Shown here in pieces: positions 19,259 through 30,338 of a DNA stretch of 64,000 nt. The notes under the pieces are model-generated. The model was not told the DNA's origin. It ran no database searches and saw nothing but the letters and a program-made list of their open reading frames with translations. The stretch is from Bacteroidota bacterium (GTDB lineage: Bacteria; Bacteroidota; Rhodothermia; JANXDC01), in contig AP024675.1 of assembly GCA_025998875.1 (NCBI GenBank), forward strand, positions 1,273,549 to 1,337,548, written 5' to 3'. Every line of letters starts with the position of its first letter. Position 1 is the first letter of the stretch. The position numbers were made by a program, and so were the translations under genes.

Positions 19259-20749
19259 CTATCCCTGCTGATGCTGGCGCCAGGCTCGCAGCCGCCGCAA
19301 CAGCCACCAGTGACCCACATCCACGTAGGCCACCTCGAAGGTGGCGCGATAGGTAAGCCAGAGACCCAAAAGACCGAACAGCAAGTTGCCCCCCCACATC
19401 CCCAGCCAGGGGGGAATATGGCCGCGGTCGGCCATTTTTTCTCCCTGGATGAGCAATACCCAGTAGATGAGGAAGCAGAAGGTGCTGATCGTGGCTGCGG
19501 TTCCGATCCCGCCCTTGCGCACGGTGGCGCCCAGTGGGGCGCCCAGCAGGATGAAGAGCACACAGGCGACAGAGACGGCCAATTTTTTGTGGATTTCCAC
19601 CTCGTACTGGGCGATCCGATTCCGGCGCCAGGAGAGGAGGTTGGCCGCGTTATCGGCCTGGTTGCGCAACATGCGCGCCCGGGCGGCGGCGCGGTGGGCC
19701 CACAGCAATGCGGAATCCGGTGGAGCGCCGAGCAGGGCGTGAAGTTTCCCCCCGGCGGATCGGGGCTTTGCCTGCTGGGCTGCCAGAAGCCTCCGATACA
19801 GGAGCGTGTCTCCGGGTGCAGGGGGCGTGAGCAGCTCATCCCAGGCGCGCAGTACGCTGTCGCGTCGGAAAAGGCGGCTTTCCCGCTCCAGGCGCAGCCG
19901 GTCTCCCCTGATCTCTCGACGCAGGGTGTCGGCGGCCGCGCGCAGCTCGCCCAGCGTCATGGTGCGATCCGTTCCCCGTTGCGGACCCGATTCGGAACGG
20001 ACCAGCCGATATTCGGATAGATCGAAGTACAGCACCAGCTCCTGAAAGCGCATGCGCTCATAGCGATGATCCGTGCCCGATGGCAGACCGATCTGCCGAT
20101 CCACCGCCCCCTCTTGCAACACCAGACGCAGTGTCCGTCCCCCCGCGCGAAACTGCAGTATGCCTTCCCGGGCCGTGATCACGGCGGTACGGTTGAATCC
20201 CTCCGCATAGTCGTAGATCAACAGCCCGTGCAGGCGTCCGTTGTTTTCTATGCGTTCCACATAGATGCTATAGCCCTCCAGGCCCGTGTAGAAGGTTCCG
20301 GGCCGCAGGGCGAAGGCGGGTCGGGTCTGCCGTATATCGATCCACAACGCCCGGGCACGCGCGTTGGCCCGGGGCAGGATCTCGGCGGCGAAAACAGCCA
20401 TCAGCACCATGAGCAGCGCGCCGACCAGGAGCGTCGGCCGCATAAGCTGGAGCAGATGAATGCCTGCGGCCCGTGCCGCGGTGAGTTCATGAAATTCGGC
20501 CATATCCCCGTAGGCCACCAGCGCGGCCACCAGCACGGCCATGGGCACGGCCAGCACGACCATATAGGCCAGATTGTAGGCGATAAGCTCCAGAATCGTG
20601 CCCGCTCCCAGATCCTTGCCCACAAGCTCCGGCAGGTACCGGGCCAGAAACTGCAGCAGGAGCAGGAACATGAGCAGGCTGAAGGCGAACAGAAACGGCC
20701 CGATATGCGCGCGCAGCAGCAGGCGATCGAGATGGCGGAGTCGGAGCAC
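19259..20749 (-). CDS. LptF/LptG-family (YjgP/YjgQ) LPS export permease
   Basis: Six predicted TM helices split by a large periplasmic loop; N-terminal LDRLLLRAHIGPFLFAF typical of family. Confidence 0.65.
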   Translation of the reverse strand: MLRLRHLDRLLLRAHIGPFLFAFSLLMFLLLLQFLARYLPELVGKDLGAGTILELIAYNLAYMVVLAVPMAVLVAALVAYGDMAEFHELTAARAAGIHLLQLMRPTLLVGALLMVLMAVFAAEILPRANARARALWIDIRQTRPAFALRPGTFYTGLEGYSIYVERIENNGRLHGLLIYDYAEGFNRTAVITAREGILQFRAGGRTLRLVLQEGAVDRQIGLPSGTDHRYERMRFQELVLYFDLSEYRLVRSESGPQRGTDRTMTLGELRAAADTLRREIRGDRLRLERESRLFRRDSVLRAWDELLTPPAPGDTLLYRRLLAAQQAKPRSAGGKLHALLGAPPDSALLWAHRAAARARMLRNQADNAANLLSWRRNRIAQYEVEIHKKLAVSVACVLFILLGAPLGATVRKGGIGTAATISTFCFLIYWVLLIQGEKMADRGHIPPWLGMWGGNLLFGLLGLWLTYRATFEVAYVDVGHWWLLRRLRAWRQHQQG

Positions 20750-20957
20750 GGCCGGTCCTTGCTTCGGGTCCGGGAAGTCACGTACTTTTTGCCCCGATCC
20801 AAGATAGCCTGCCTGTCGGGGTCGGGCAATGCGGATCGCAGACCGGAGACGTTTCTACCAGAAGAGGTCACTTCCTGCCTGAGCCGTTGCTACGGTAACG
20901 TTGCCGCCCAATATCGACCGGAGTCAGAGCAGGCGGCGCATATAGAAACGCATCTGT

Positions 20958-23900
20958 ATGGTCGGACAGCAGGATGGGCGGGCGTTCTCTGGACGCCCTC
21001 TCGGATTCTTCATGATTGCGCTCACCCTGTGGGGGCTGGCCTCAGGGTCTGTTCCCCGGGGTACAGATCGGTTTTTCCCTGCTCAGCACACCCTTTCGCC
21101 CCCGGCCGTGGGGGCCGACAGCGCGGCGGCGGATACGGGTCGGTCCGCGTTGCCATATCGCCTTCGGTCCTACTGGGTCAGCCCGCTCTTTCCCCGACGG
21201 GTGGAACCCCTTGTCGCCCTGCCCCTGCCGGGCTCCGTGTGGCGCCATGAGGTGCGGCCGGATTCCACCTATAGCCGCATGACCGCGCGGGAAACCGTCT
21301 CCGGCCTTACCGTCCGGATACCGCTCACGGTCGATTATCTGAGCTATCGACAGGAGCGGCTCCGATACGACCTCGCCCGCACCTGGCGGGAGCTGTTGCG
21401 CCTTCGCCAGCAGGAGCAGGCCGCTTCGCGGGGGTTGCTGGATCTGCGCATCGAGGTGCCTGGAGGAAGGTCTTCGGCTTTTAGCACGCTCTTTGGCGCT
21501 CCGACTGTGTCCCTTCGGGTAAACGGCCAGGCCGATATCGATCTGGGCCTGTCCATACAGAACAACCGCGACCCCAACCTACCTCCACAGCAACAGAAGC
21601 GCATCGATCCCCTCTTCGGGCAGAACATCCGGCTCGGGATTTCCGGGGGTATCGGGGATAAGCTGACGGTCTCGACGGACTGGGATACGCAGCGCATGCT
21701 GGATTTTGAAAACCGTCTCAAGCTCCAGTACATCGGCTATGAGGACGAGATCATCAAACGCATCGAGGCCGGAAACGTCTCCCTGCAGACCCCCTCGCAG
21801 CTCATCAGCGGCGGGCAGGCGCTTTTCGGAATTCGCTCCGATCTACAGCTGGGTCCGGTGCGTCTGTCGACGGTCTTCAGTCAGCAGGACGGCGAAAGGG
21901 CGCGCATTGTGCTCGACGGCGGGGTGGAGGAGAACGTCTTTGAGCTCAAGGCTACCGATTACGAGGATGATACGCACTTCTTTCTGGGTTTTTACTTCCG
22001 CAATCGCTGGGGGATCGGCCCGGGGCAGGCCTTCAGCCGTCCACCGACCATCCTGGCCGAGGTACAGATAACCGATGTGGAGGTCTGGGTGTTGCGCCAG
22101 AGCCAGCAGCGGTTGCAGGAAAATGAACGCGACGCGGTGGCGCTGCTGGAGCTCGGTGAGGCCGGGGAGAGCCGACCACCCGATCCAGCGCTGGACCGCT
22201 TCTCGGATGCGGTGCTTGAGCGCCTGCGGCTTTCCAACCAGGTCACAGACATCCTGGAGCGCGAGCTGGGGGTAAGCCCGCGGGCCTACGTACAGGGCAC
22301 TTTTCTTCGGCTGGAGCCGGGCCGGGACTACACTTTCGACCCCAACTTGGGGTATATCAGCCTGCGTACGAGCCTGTCGAATTTCCAGGCGGTGGCGGTG
22401 GCCTACCGCTATGTAGATGCCTCCGGGCGGCTGGTAGAGGTGGGGGACTTCGCCCGGGGAGGGGGGTCGAGTGGATCCCAGATCAACCGCCTGGTGCTCA
22501 AGCTCATCCGACCCACCAATCCGGTGCCCGGGGATCCGTCCTGGGATCTGGTGTTGCGCAACATATACCGATTGCCCGGGAGCAATTTCCGGGCCGGGGA
22601 GCTGCAGCTCGATGTCGTCTATCGCAAACCCGGACTGCCGGAGTCGCGCACCTTGCCCGGGCTGGATATCCGGCAGCGGGATGGTCGGCCCGTTTCGCTT
22701 CTGCAGCTGACCGGGCTGGACAGGCTCAACGACAATCAGGCTCCCCAGCCGGATGATCGCTTCGATTTTCTGCCGGGTTATACAATCAACGAACGCGAGG
22801 GGCGGCTTCTTTTTCCCGTGCTGGAGCCCTTCGGAAGCACGCTCCGGCAGGCCATCTACCAGGCGGCCGCCGAGCGCGCGGACCTCAAGGAGCTGGAAAA
22901 CACCCTCGTCTTTGATGCCCTCTACCGAGAAACCCGCGTCGAGGCCCGACGCGACCCGCGCGATGTCTATTTCATCAAGGGGCGATCTCGCGGCAGCGCA
23001 CGCCAGCAGTACAGCCTGGGTGCCGGGCTGGGTGGGGTCGTGGAGGGCAGTATTCGCGTGCTCAGCGGGGGCGTGCTTGTGCCCCCTTCGGCCTATACGG
23101 TGGACTACATCACGGGCACGATTACCTTTACCGATCCCACCTATCTGCAACCGGGACGGCAGATCATCGTGGAATTCGAACAGCAGAAAGCCTTCCGACT
23201 GCAGCAAAAGACCCTGCTCGGCCTGCGGGCCGACTACGATGCGGCAGAAAATCTCAAACTCGGGGCCACTTTCCTGCAGCTGGGCGAACAGCCCATCGCC
23301 GATAAAAACCGCATCGGCGAGGAGCCGGTCCGCAACCTGATCTGGGGGCTGGACGGCAACTACACGGTGGAATCCCGCTGGCTGACGCGTCTGCTCGATG
23401 TCCTGCCGCTAGTGCAGACCAAAGCCCCCTCCAAACTGCAGGTGCGCGGTGAGGTGGCGCAGCTGGTGCCGGGATTTGTGAGCACCGCCCTGGTCCGTCA
23501 GACCCAGGAGCGGCTGCGCCGCGAAGGCTATCCGGTGCCTCCGGATGAGCGTCGGGGGGTGTCCTATATCGACGACTTTGAGGGCGTGCGCAGCGCGGTC
23601 TCCCTGCTCAGTCCGGGGATCTGGCGTCTGGCCAGCGTGCCCGACTCCATAGGCCGGGTGCGCGGCAGTACGGCCTTTGATGATTCCCTGAAGACAACCT
23701 GGCGCGCCTGGTTGTCTTGGTATGCCATCCCCATTCAGCTCTATGGACAGGATAAAGCCCCTCTGGGCCCGGAGACATGGCCCATTCAGCAGCGCCAACT
23801 CTTCCCCGAACGCCAGGTGCAGCGGGGACAGGACTACCTGCAAACTTTTGATCTATGGTATCTGCCCGGAGAGCGAGGGCCGTACAACTACAACCGCGAT

Positions 23901-26900
23901 CTGGCCGGCTTCAAGGCCGATCCCCGCTCCGCCTGGGCCGGGATCATGACCCGTATTCCGGATGGATACAACAACTTCGAAATCAACAACATCGAGTTTC
24001 TCGAGTTCTGGTTTGCTCCCCAGCTGCGTCCCGGGGATCGGGGCCGACTGTATATCGACATCGGCTATATCAGCGAGGACGTCATTCCGAACGGACAGCT
24101 GAACACAGAAGACGGGCTGGATTCGACCAGTAACTCGTTTACACGCGACCCGTGGGGAAAGGTATCCCGGGGGATCAAGGATCAACTGCTTTCCAACGAC
24201 CCCCGCGTGCGTGCCTACGAGGACGTGGGGTTGGATGGGATGCGGGACGAAGAAGAACGCCTCCATTTCCGGGACTTTCTGGAGGCCGTACGCAGGCAGT
24301 TCGGGGAGAACTCCCCGGAGTATCAACGCCTCTGGAACGATCCCTCTGCGGACAATTACCGCTACTATCTGGATCCGACTCTTCCGGCCGAGGTGGGCTG
24401 GCAGGAGCGATTTCGGCGCTATTTCCCCGGTTTGGAGGGCAACACCCCGCTTGCGCAGTCCGGTATCCTGGGTTCGACAAAGTTTCCGGATACCGAGGAC
24501 CTCAACGGTAACAACGCCCTGGATACACGCAACGCGTATTTTCAGTACGAGCTGGAGCTCGATCCGGAGCAGATGCAGCCGGGCAGGGGATATGTGGTCG
24601 ACCGGCGGGAGGTCGAAATCGGAGGGGTACGGCAGACCTGGTATCTGGTGCGCATTCCTCTGGCGCAGTACCGGCGTCGGGTGGGGGACATCCGGGACTT
24701 CAAGGTGGTTGAGGCCCTCCGATTCTGGCTTACAGGCTTCAGCCAGCCGGTCACGTTGCGCTTTGCCACCCTGGAGCTGGTCGGTAGCCAGTGGACGCGT
24801 CTGAACGTGGGCACGCAGAATCCGGATACCCGCTTTGAGGTGGCCACGATCAATATCGAGGAAAACGCCACGCGCACCCCCATTCCCTACAAGAGCCCTC
24901 CCGGGGCGATCCGTCCGGTCGATCGCACGACGCTGGAGCAGATTCAGCGCAACGAGCAAGCGCTTTTGTTGCGGGTGCAAAACCTCTATCGAGGCGACGA
25001 GCGGGCGATCTTTAAAACCTTCGGAGGCTTGAACCTGTTGCGTTATTCCAACCTGCGTATGGACGTCCACGGCGAGGGATACGAGAAAGCGGAGGAAGCG
25101 GAACTGTTTGTGCGGATCGGTTCGGATTTGCTGCGCGATTACTACGAATACCGGCAACCGGTGAAACCGACCCCCCTGTTGCCGGGAGGGGCCAGCGCCT
25201 ATACGGCCGAGCTTCTATGGCCCGCCGAGAACCGGGTCAATATCCTCCTGGATCGGCTCAATCAGCTCAAGCAACTGCGAGATGAGCGGGGGATTCCCGA
25301 GGATTCTCTTTTCGGGGCTCCGGAGTTGCTCGACTACGAGGATGTGCCCCCCGGGGCGGGCCTGTATATTCGGGGTAGACCCAGCCTGAGCCAGGTTACC
25401 AAGATCGCTGTCGGAATCCGAAACCCGCGCACGGGCCGAGCCGTGCTGAATGCGGAATTCTGGATAAACGAGCTGCGCGTGACGGGCTTCGATGCCCGAT
25501 CCGGATGGGCCGCCGTGGGCAGTGCCAGCCTGCAACTGGCCGATCTGGCTCAGCTGGATTTCAGCCTGGACCGCCGCACGGCGGGATTCGGTTCTGTGGA
25601 AAGCCGGCTCGAAGAGCGCGGCAAGGAAGATCGCTTCAGCTGGTCGCTGAACACGCGCTGGAACCTGGAGCGCTTCTATCTTGCCCGTTACGGATGGCAA
25701 ATCCCTCTGTCCGTCACCTGGCAGCAGTCCCGCACTACGCCCACCTACGCTCCCGGGGCAGGGGGCGATGTGCAGTTGGTCACCATTCGCCGATTGATCG
25801 AGCGGGATACGACGTTGGATCCGGCCCTCCGGCGTATGCGGGTCGATTCCCTCTATCAGGCGGCCCGTACCCAGCGGCAGACACGTTCCATCGCCCTTCC
25901 GAGCATTCGAAAATCGGGTTCTACACACCCGCTGGGTCGGTACCTGCTCGATCCGCTGGGGGTGCAGTTTTCCTATGTCGAGGAGGAGGCCTCCAGTCCC
26001 ACGCTGATCTTCGATCGCCGCTGGCAGTGGTCTACGACGGCGCAGTATCAGCTCACCTTGCCTCGCCTGGCCGTTGTGCGCCCATTCCGTTTTCTGGAGG
26101 GGGTTCCGGTACTGGACCTGCTGGCCGATCTTCGTCTGAATTACCTGCCCAGCTCCCTCTCCTTGCAGGCCGGGCTATCGCGACAGCTCATCCGCACGCA
26201 GGACCGGCCCACGACGGGGGATCTGCGCCAGCAACCCGGTCTGCCCCTGGAGGCCATCAAGCCGGTTCGGGAAACGCATCAGCTGCAGTATCGGGAGGGG
26301 ATGGGCCTGCAGTATAACCCCTTCCCGTTTCTCGGGCTCGGGTACACGTACAATGGACAGACGAGCCTGGCCGCGCTGGGGGTGGATACGATCTATGTGA
26401 CCCTGCAGGATACGGTGCGACTGCGCCGGTTGCGGGTGCTCTCGGAACGCGCCGTCTGGGATCGCCTGTGGGGGCGCTATCCGGGGGTCCGACCGGAGAC
26501 GTACACGCAGAGCTTTTCGGCCACCTTCACTCCCCGGTTCAGCGCCTACCCCGCCTTGCGCTGGCTTGTGCTCTCTGGCGCTTATACGGGAGACTTTTTG
26601 TGGAACAACGGTCCGGCGGGGGACAGTACGGGCGCCCAGATAGGCAACCAGGCCGACTGGCGGATAAACGGGCAGCTGCGTATCGGGGAGCTGTGGAGTT
26701 CGGCTCGCTGGTATCAGGAGCTGCAGGCCTGGTCGCGCGGCGGTAGCCGGGCTTCTGAGCCCCTCTGGAAACAGCTCTGGAGGCGGGTGCTTTTCGCCCT
26801 TACGAGCCTACGCCAGATAGACCTCTCCTTCACCCAGCGGCAACAGGCCCGAAATGCGGGCTTTGCCGGTCCGGCCGGGTTGCGCGCGCTTTTTGCCGAT

Positions 26901-28121
26901 GATCCCAGTCGTCGCTCTCCCTCCCTGGCCTACCGGCTGGGCTGGGAACGCACGCTCGATCCACAGCAGCGCGTGCGCGTAGGCGGGGTGCGGTTTCTGG
27001 ACAGCTGGCAGCAGACCCGGCAGATAGGGGCGCGCACGAGCCTTTCCCTGTTGCCCGAGTTACGGCTGGATCTGAACTGGGATGGGCAGTGGCAGGGCAA
27101 TCTGCAGAGTACGGTTACCTTTGATCCAATGCAGAGGCGCTTTCAGGAGGCTACCACCCGAGAAGGGCAGACGACGCTTACGACTTGGGGGCTGCGGGGC
27201 TCCTACGGTCGGTTTTTCCGGGCTCAATGGGCTCGACTGCAGGCCGACGGTATACAGGGCGGCGAGGTGCGGGACCGCGACGGAGACGGTTTCGTGGTGG
27301 GTTCGAACGCCTCGCTGCTGTGGGATTTTCAACGCACCTTTGGCGGTCCGTTCTCCGGCGTGCGGGATCGCTATGGTATGCTTGTTCTGCCGCTTCCGAA
27401 CTGGCAGGTCGTCTGGACGGGGCTGGAGCGCCTCTGGATTCTGCGCCGGCTGGTCAGCTCGATCGTCCTGCGCCACGGATATGTGGGGCAGTACCAGGCC
27501 TCCTGGAGGGCTAATCTCAACGCGGGGGCACCCTTCACCTACCGCATCGGGGGGATTCGAGTCTACGACACAATCCCCGCCTACGAGGGGCGCGATCTGA
27601 GCATAGCGCAGCGTTTTGCGCCCTTGATCGGTCTCAGCCTGACCTGGAAGGGGGACGTGCGTACGGAGCTCACCTATAATCAGGCGCGCATCGTCTCGCT
27701 CAGCTTTTCGAACGCGAACGTGAACATACGCCGCGTGGCCGAGCTCAGCTTTCGAACCAGCTACCGGCGTTCCCGCTTCCGGCTTCCTTTTTCCCTCTTC
27801 GGCATACGCTCGCTGGATAACGATGTGACGATAGGGCTGGCCATTTCGTTCAGCCAGGAGGTGCGCGATGTCTATTACCTGAGCCAGGACCTCGATGAGG
27901 CGCTTTCGGGTGCTCTGCGCATCGAAGATCTGCGGCCGCGTACCAGTGACGGTTCCGCCCGCTGGGTCATAGAACCCACCTTCGGATACACCTTTTCCAG
28001 CCGGGTCACAGCCGAGTTTCGCTGGCGCATCGAGGACGTGGCCCCGCGCGGCTCCTCGCGCGTGACGCCCTCGACCACGCAGCAGATCGGCTTTAAAATT
28101 CGGGTTGGCATCACATCCTGA
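20958..28121 (+). CDS. sprA: Giant outer-membrane protein, SprA/Sov-like type IX secretion translocon (2387 aa)
   Basis: Single uninterrupted 7.2-kb ORF; N-terminal signal; beta-rich composition with frequent aromatic residues; size and taxon context match SprA. Start may be internal Met at ~21012. Confidence 0.6.
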   Translation: MVGQQDGRAFSGRPLGFFMIALTLWGLASGSVPRGTDRFFPAQHTLSPPAVGADSAAADTGRSALPYRLRSYWVSPLFPRRVEPLVALPLPGSVWRHEVRPDSTYSRMTARETVSGLTVRIPLTVDYLSYRQERLRYDLARTWRELLRLRQQEQAASRGLLDLRIEVPGGRSSAFSTLFGAPTVSLRVNGQADIDLGLSIQNNRDPNLPPQQQKRIDPLFGQNIRLGISGGIGDKLTVSTDWDTQRMLDFENRLKLQYIGYEDEIIKRIEAGNVSLQTPSQLISGGQALFGIRSDLQLGPVRLSTVFSQQDGERARIVLDGGVEENVFELKATDYEDDTHFFLGFYFRNRWGIGPGQAFSRPPTILAEVQITDVEVWVLRQSQQRLQENERDAVALLELGEAGESRPPDPALDRFSDAVLERLRLSNQVTDILERELGVSPRAYVQGTFLRLEPGRDYTFDPNLGYISLRTSLSNFQAVAVAYRYVDASGRLVEVGDFARGGGSSGSQINRLVLKLIRPTNPVPGDPSWDLVLRNIYRLPGSNFRAGELQLDVVYRKPGLPESRTLPGLDIRQRDGRPVSLLQLTGLDRLNDNQAPQPDDRFDFLPGYTINEREGRLLFPVLEPFGSTLRQAIYQAAAERADLKELENTLVFDALYRETRVEARRDPRDVYFIKGRSRGSARQQYSLGAGLGGVVEGSIRVLSGGVLVPPSAYTVDYITGTITFTDPTYLQPGRQIIVEFEQQKAFRLQQKTLLGLRADYDAAENLKLGATFLQLGEQPIADKNRIGEEPVRNLIWGLDGNYTVESRWLTRLLDVLPLVQTKAPSKLQVRGEVAQLVPGFVSTALVRQTQERLRREGYPVPPDERRGVSYIDDFEGVRSAVSLLSPGIWRLASVPDSIGRVRGSTAFDDSLKTTWRAWLSWYAIPIQLYGQDKAPLGPETWPIQQRQLFPERQVQRGQDYLQTFDLWYLPGERGPYNYNRDLAGFKADPRSAWAGIMTRIPDGYNNFEINNIEFLEFWFAPQLRPGDRGRLYIDIGYISEDVIPNGQLNTEDGLDSTSNSFTRDPWGKVSRGIKDQLLSNDPRVRAYEDVGLDGMRDEEERLHFRDFLEAVRRQFGENSPEYQRLWNDPSADNYRYYLDPTLPAEVGWQERFRRYFPGLEGNTPLAQSGILGSTKFPDTEDLNGNNALDTRNAYFQYELELDPEQMQPGRGYVVDRREVEIGGVRQTWYLVRIPLAQYRRRVGDIRDFKVVEALRFWLTGFSQPVTLRFATLELVGSQWTRLNVGTQNPDTRFEVATINIEENATRTPIPYKSPPGAIRPVDRTTLEQIQRNEQALLLRVQNLYRGDERAIFKTFGGLNLLRYSNLRMDVHGEGYEKAEEAELFVRIGSDLLRDYYEYRQPVKPTPLLPGGASAYTAELLWPAENRVNILLDRLNQLKQLRDERGIPEDSLFGAPELLDYEDVPPGAGLYIRGRPSLSQVTKIAVGIRNPRTGRAVLNAEFWINELRVTGFDARSGWAAVGSASLQLADLAQLDFSLDRRTAGFGSVESRLEERGKEDRFSWSLNTRWNLERFYLARYGWQIPLSVTWQQSRTTPTYAPGAGGDVQLVTIRRLIERDTTLDPALRRMRVDSLYQAARTQRQTRSIALPSIRKSGSTHPLGRYLLDPLGVQFSYVEEEASSPTLIFDRRWQWSTTAQYQLTLPRLAVVRPFRFLEGVPVLDLLADLRLNYLPSSLSLQAGLSRQLIRTQDRPTTGDLRQQPGLPLEAIKPVRETHQLQYREGMGLQYNPFPFLGLGYTYNGQTSLAALGVDTIYVTLQDTVRLRRLRVLSERAVWDRLWGRYPGVRPETYTQSFSATFTPRFSAYPALRWLVLSGAYTGDFLWNNGPAGDSTGAQIGNQADWRINGQLRIGELWSSARWYQELQAWSRGGSRASEPLWKQLWRRVLFALTSLRQIDLSFTQRQQARNAGFAGPAGLRALFADDPSRRSPSLAYRLGWERTLDPQQRVRVGGVRFLDSWQQTRQIGARTSLSLLPELRLDLNWDGQWQGNLQSTVTFDPMQRRFQEATTREGQTTLTTWGLRGSYGRFFRAQWARLQADGIQGGEVRDRDGDGFVVGSNASLLWDFQRTFGGPFSGVRDRYGMLVLPLPNWQVVWTGLERLWILRRLVSSIVLRHGYVGQYQASWRANLNAGAPFTYRIGGIRVYDTIPAYEGRDLSIAQRFAPLIGLSLTWKGDVRTELTYNQARIVSLSFSNANVNIRRVAELSFRTSYRRSRFRLPFSLFGIRSLDNDVTIGLAISFSQEVRDVYYLSQDLDEALSGALRIEDLRPRTSDGSARWVIEPTFGYTFSSRVTAEFRWRIEDVAPRGSSRVTPSTTQQIGFKIRVGITS

Positions 28122-28132
28122 AGGAGAGGATC

Positions 28133-28678
28133 ATGAAGATCTATACCCGAACCGGAGACGAGGGGTATACTTCGCTTTTCGGGGGAAGAAGGCTGTCCAA
28201 AGACGCCCTCCGGGTGGAAGCCTACGGTTCGGTCGATGAACTCAACGCCGTTCTGGGGGTGGTACTCGTAGAGGACCCCCCGGCAGGACTCGTTGAGCCC
28301 CTGCAGGAGGTCCAGCGAGACCTCTTTGTCGTGGGGAGCGACCTGGCCGCTCCGGAGGAGAACGCCTATGTGCCTCGCGTGCGCGGGGAGATGACCCACA
28401 GGCTGGAAGTCTGGATCGACGGCTGGGAGGCGGAGCTAGAGCGGCAGAAGTACTTTATCCTCCCCGGAGGCTCCAGGGCGGCCGCGTTTCTGCATCTGGC
28501 CCGCACGGTATGTCGCCGGGCCGAGCGGGTATGTGTGGCCCTGGCCCGAGAGGAGCCCGTCAATCCGGAAATTCTGCGCTACCTGAATCGACTTTCCGAT
28601 GCGCTGTTCGTGATGGCTCGATGGGCCAATCGGCAGGCCGGGATCCCCGATAGGCCCTGGCAGGCGCCGCAGCGATAG
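28133..28678 (+). CDS. PduO-type ATP:cob(I)alamin adenosyltransferase
   Basis: N-terminal MKIYTRTGDEGYTSL signature. Confidence 0.85.
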   Translation: MKIYTRTGDEGYTSLFGGRRLSKDALRVEAYGSVDELNAVLGVVLVEDPPAGLVEPLQEVQRDLFVVGSDLAAPEENAYVPRVRGEMTHRLEVWIDGWEAELERQKYFILPGGSRAAAFLHLARTVCRRAERVCVALAREEPVNPEILRYLNRLSDALFVMARWANRQAGIPDRPWQAPQR

Positions 28679-28738
28679 TTGCCCGAAAACCGGTGGGTCG
28701 CCTTTTTTCCACCATCCCCACAAGCAAGGGAGCAACGT

Positions 28739-30268
28739 ATGGAGAACGTCCGTCCGCAGGTCGCTTCCGATCTCGTCGGGGATCGGGGCTTTTTCGGCCA
28801 TCCCCGCGGGCTATCGACCCTGTTTTTCACCGAACTCTGGGAGCGCTTCAGCTACTACGGGATGCGCGCCCTGTTGATCCTGTTCATGACCGCGCCCGTG
28901 GCCTCCGGAGGGCTGGGCTTCGATGTGGCCACCGCCGGAGCCATATACGGGCTGTACACGGCCCTGGTGTACATGACGGGTTTGCCCGGCGGGTGGATCG
29001 CCGACCGGTTTCTGGGCGCCCGGCGCGCCGTCTTGCTGGGGGGTATCATCATCGCCTGTGGCCACTACAGCATGTTCCTTCCGGCCGTGACGGATCTCTT
29101 CGGGGACCTCGTCCCCTTCTATACGGGCCTTGCGCTCATCGTTGTCGGCACGGGGCTTCTTAAGCCGAACATCAGCACGATGGTGGGCATGCTCTACGGA
29201 CCAGAGGATATCCGTCGGGATGCCGGCTTTTCCCTCTTCTACATGGGCATTAACCTGGGCGCCTTCATCGCGCCGTTTGTCTGCGGTTATCTGGGCCAGC
29301 GCATTGACTGGCACTACGGCTTCGGGGCCGCGGGCCTGGGGATGACGCTGGGTCTGGTGCAGTATGTGCTGGGGGGCCGACATCTGGGACAGGCCGGGCT
29401 CCGGCCCCAGCGCCGGATCGATCCCGCGGAGCGGGCTCGTGACCTGCGCCTGTTGCTGGGGGGAATTGCGGGCCTTCTCGGGGTGATCGCACTGGCTATA
29501 GGGCTCGACCGGGCGGGGCTGTGGCGGCTTTCGGTGCAGGGGGTCACGCGCACCCTGGGCCTGCTCCTGCTCGGCGTGCCGCTTGTGTACTTCGGATCCC
29601 TCTTTCTGCGGGGACGGTGGACCGCCCTCGAGCGGGGCAGGCTTGCGGCCGTGTTTGTGCTCTTTCTGTTTTCCGCTCTGTTCTGGTCCGCTTTCGAACA
29701 GGCGGGATCGACGCTGAACCTGTTCGCGGATCGGTACACGAACACCGTGCTGTTCGGATTTTCCTTTCCTTCGAGCTGGTTTCAGTCCGTAAACGCCTTC
29801 TTCATCATCGTGCTTTCCGGGGTTTTTGCCGGGCTCTGGCTCTGGCTTGCCCGGAGGGGACGGGAACCCTCTTCGCCGGCCAAGTTCGCCTGGGGGCTTT
29901 TCTTTGTGGGGCTGGGGTTTCTCCTGCTCGTGCCCGCGGCCTGGATGGCCCAGAACGGGGTCAAGGTGAGCCCGTTGTGGCTGATTGCCACCTACCTCTG
30001 CCATACCATCGGGGAACTCTGTCTGAGCCCCGTGGGGCTGAGCACGGTCACTAAGTTGGCCCCGGAACGGGTAGTGGGGCAGATGATGGGCGTCTGGTTT
30101 CTGTCCATTTCCGTGGGCAACTTTATAGGCGGGCAGGTTGCCGGGCTATTCGAGCGACTGCCCCTGCCCGGGCTGTTTCTGGCCATCTTCGCCACTACGG
30201 CCGGATCAGCGCTCGTGCTGGCGTGGCTGGTGCCTCATATTCGACGGCTCATGGGAGGGGTGCACTGA
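28739..30268 (+). CDS. Proton-dependent oligopeptide transporter (POT/PTR2 family)
   Basis: FGHPRGLSTLFFTELWERFSYYGMRALLILFM signature; multiple TM helices; start set at ATG 28739. Confidence 0.85.
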   Translation: MENVRPQVASDLVGDRGFFGHPRGLSTLFFTELWERFSYYGMRALLILFMTAPVASGGLGFDVATAGAIYGLYTALVYMTGLPGGWIADRFLGARRAVLLGGIIIACGHYSMFLPAVTDLFGDLVPFYTGLALIVVGTGLLKPNISTMVGMLYGPEDIRRDAGFSLFYMGINLGAFIAPFVCGYLGQRIDWHYGFGAAGLGMTLGLVQYVLGGRHLGQAGLRPQRRIDPAERARDLRLLLGGIAGLLGVIALAIGLDRAGLWRLSVQGVTRTLGLLLLGVPLVYFGSLFLRGRWTALERGRLAAVFVLFLFSALFWSAFEQAGSTLNLFADRYTNTVLFGFSFPSSWFQSVNAFFIIVLSGVFAGLWLWLARRGREPSSPAKFAWGLFFVGLGFLLLVPAAWMAQNGVKVSPLWLIATYLCHTIGELCLSPVGLSTVTKLAPERVVGQMMGVWFLSISVGNFIGGQVAGLFERLPLPGLFLAIFATTAGSALVLAWLVPHIRRLMGGVH

Positions 30269-30338
30269 GGGGAGTGGTAAACAAATCCCGGGGTCGGGTA
30301 ATTTTGCTCTGATCCAAACCCAACCAGAGGGAAACATC

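Noticed and set aside
21843-25157. Two long minus-strand ORFs (454 and 434 aa) inside the giant outer-membrane protein gene
   Set aside because: Antisense to a 7.2-kb uninterrupted ORF with protein-like composition; stop-codon-poor antisense frames are expected at this GC content
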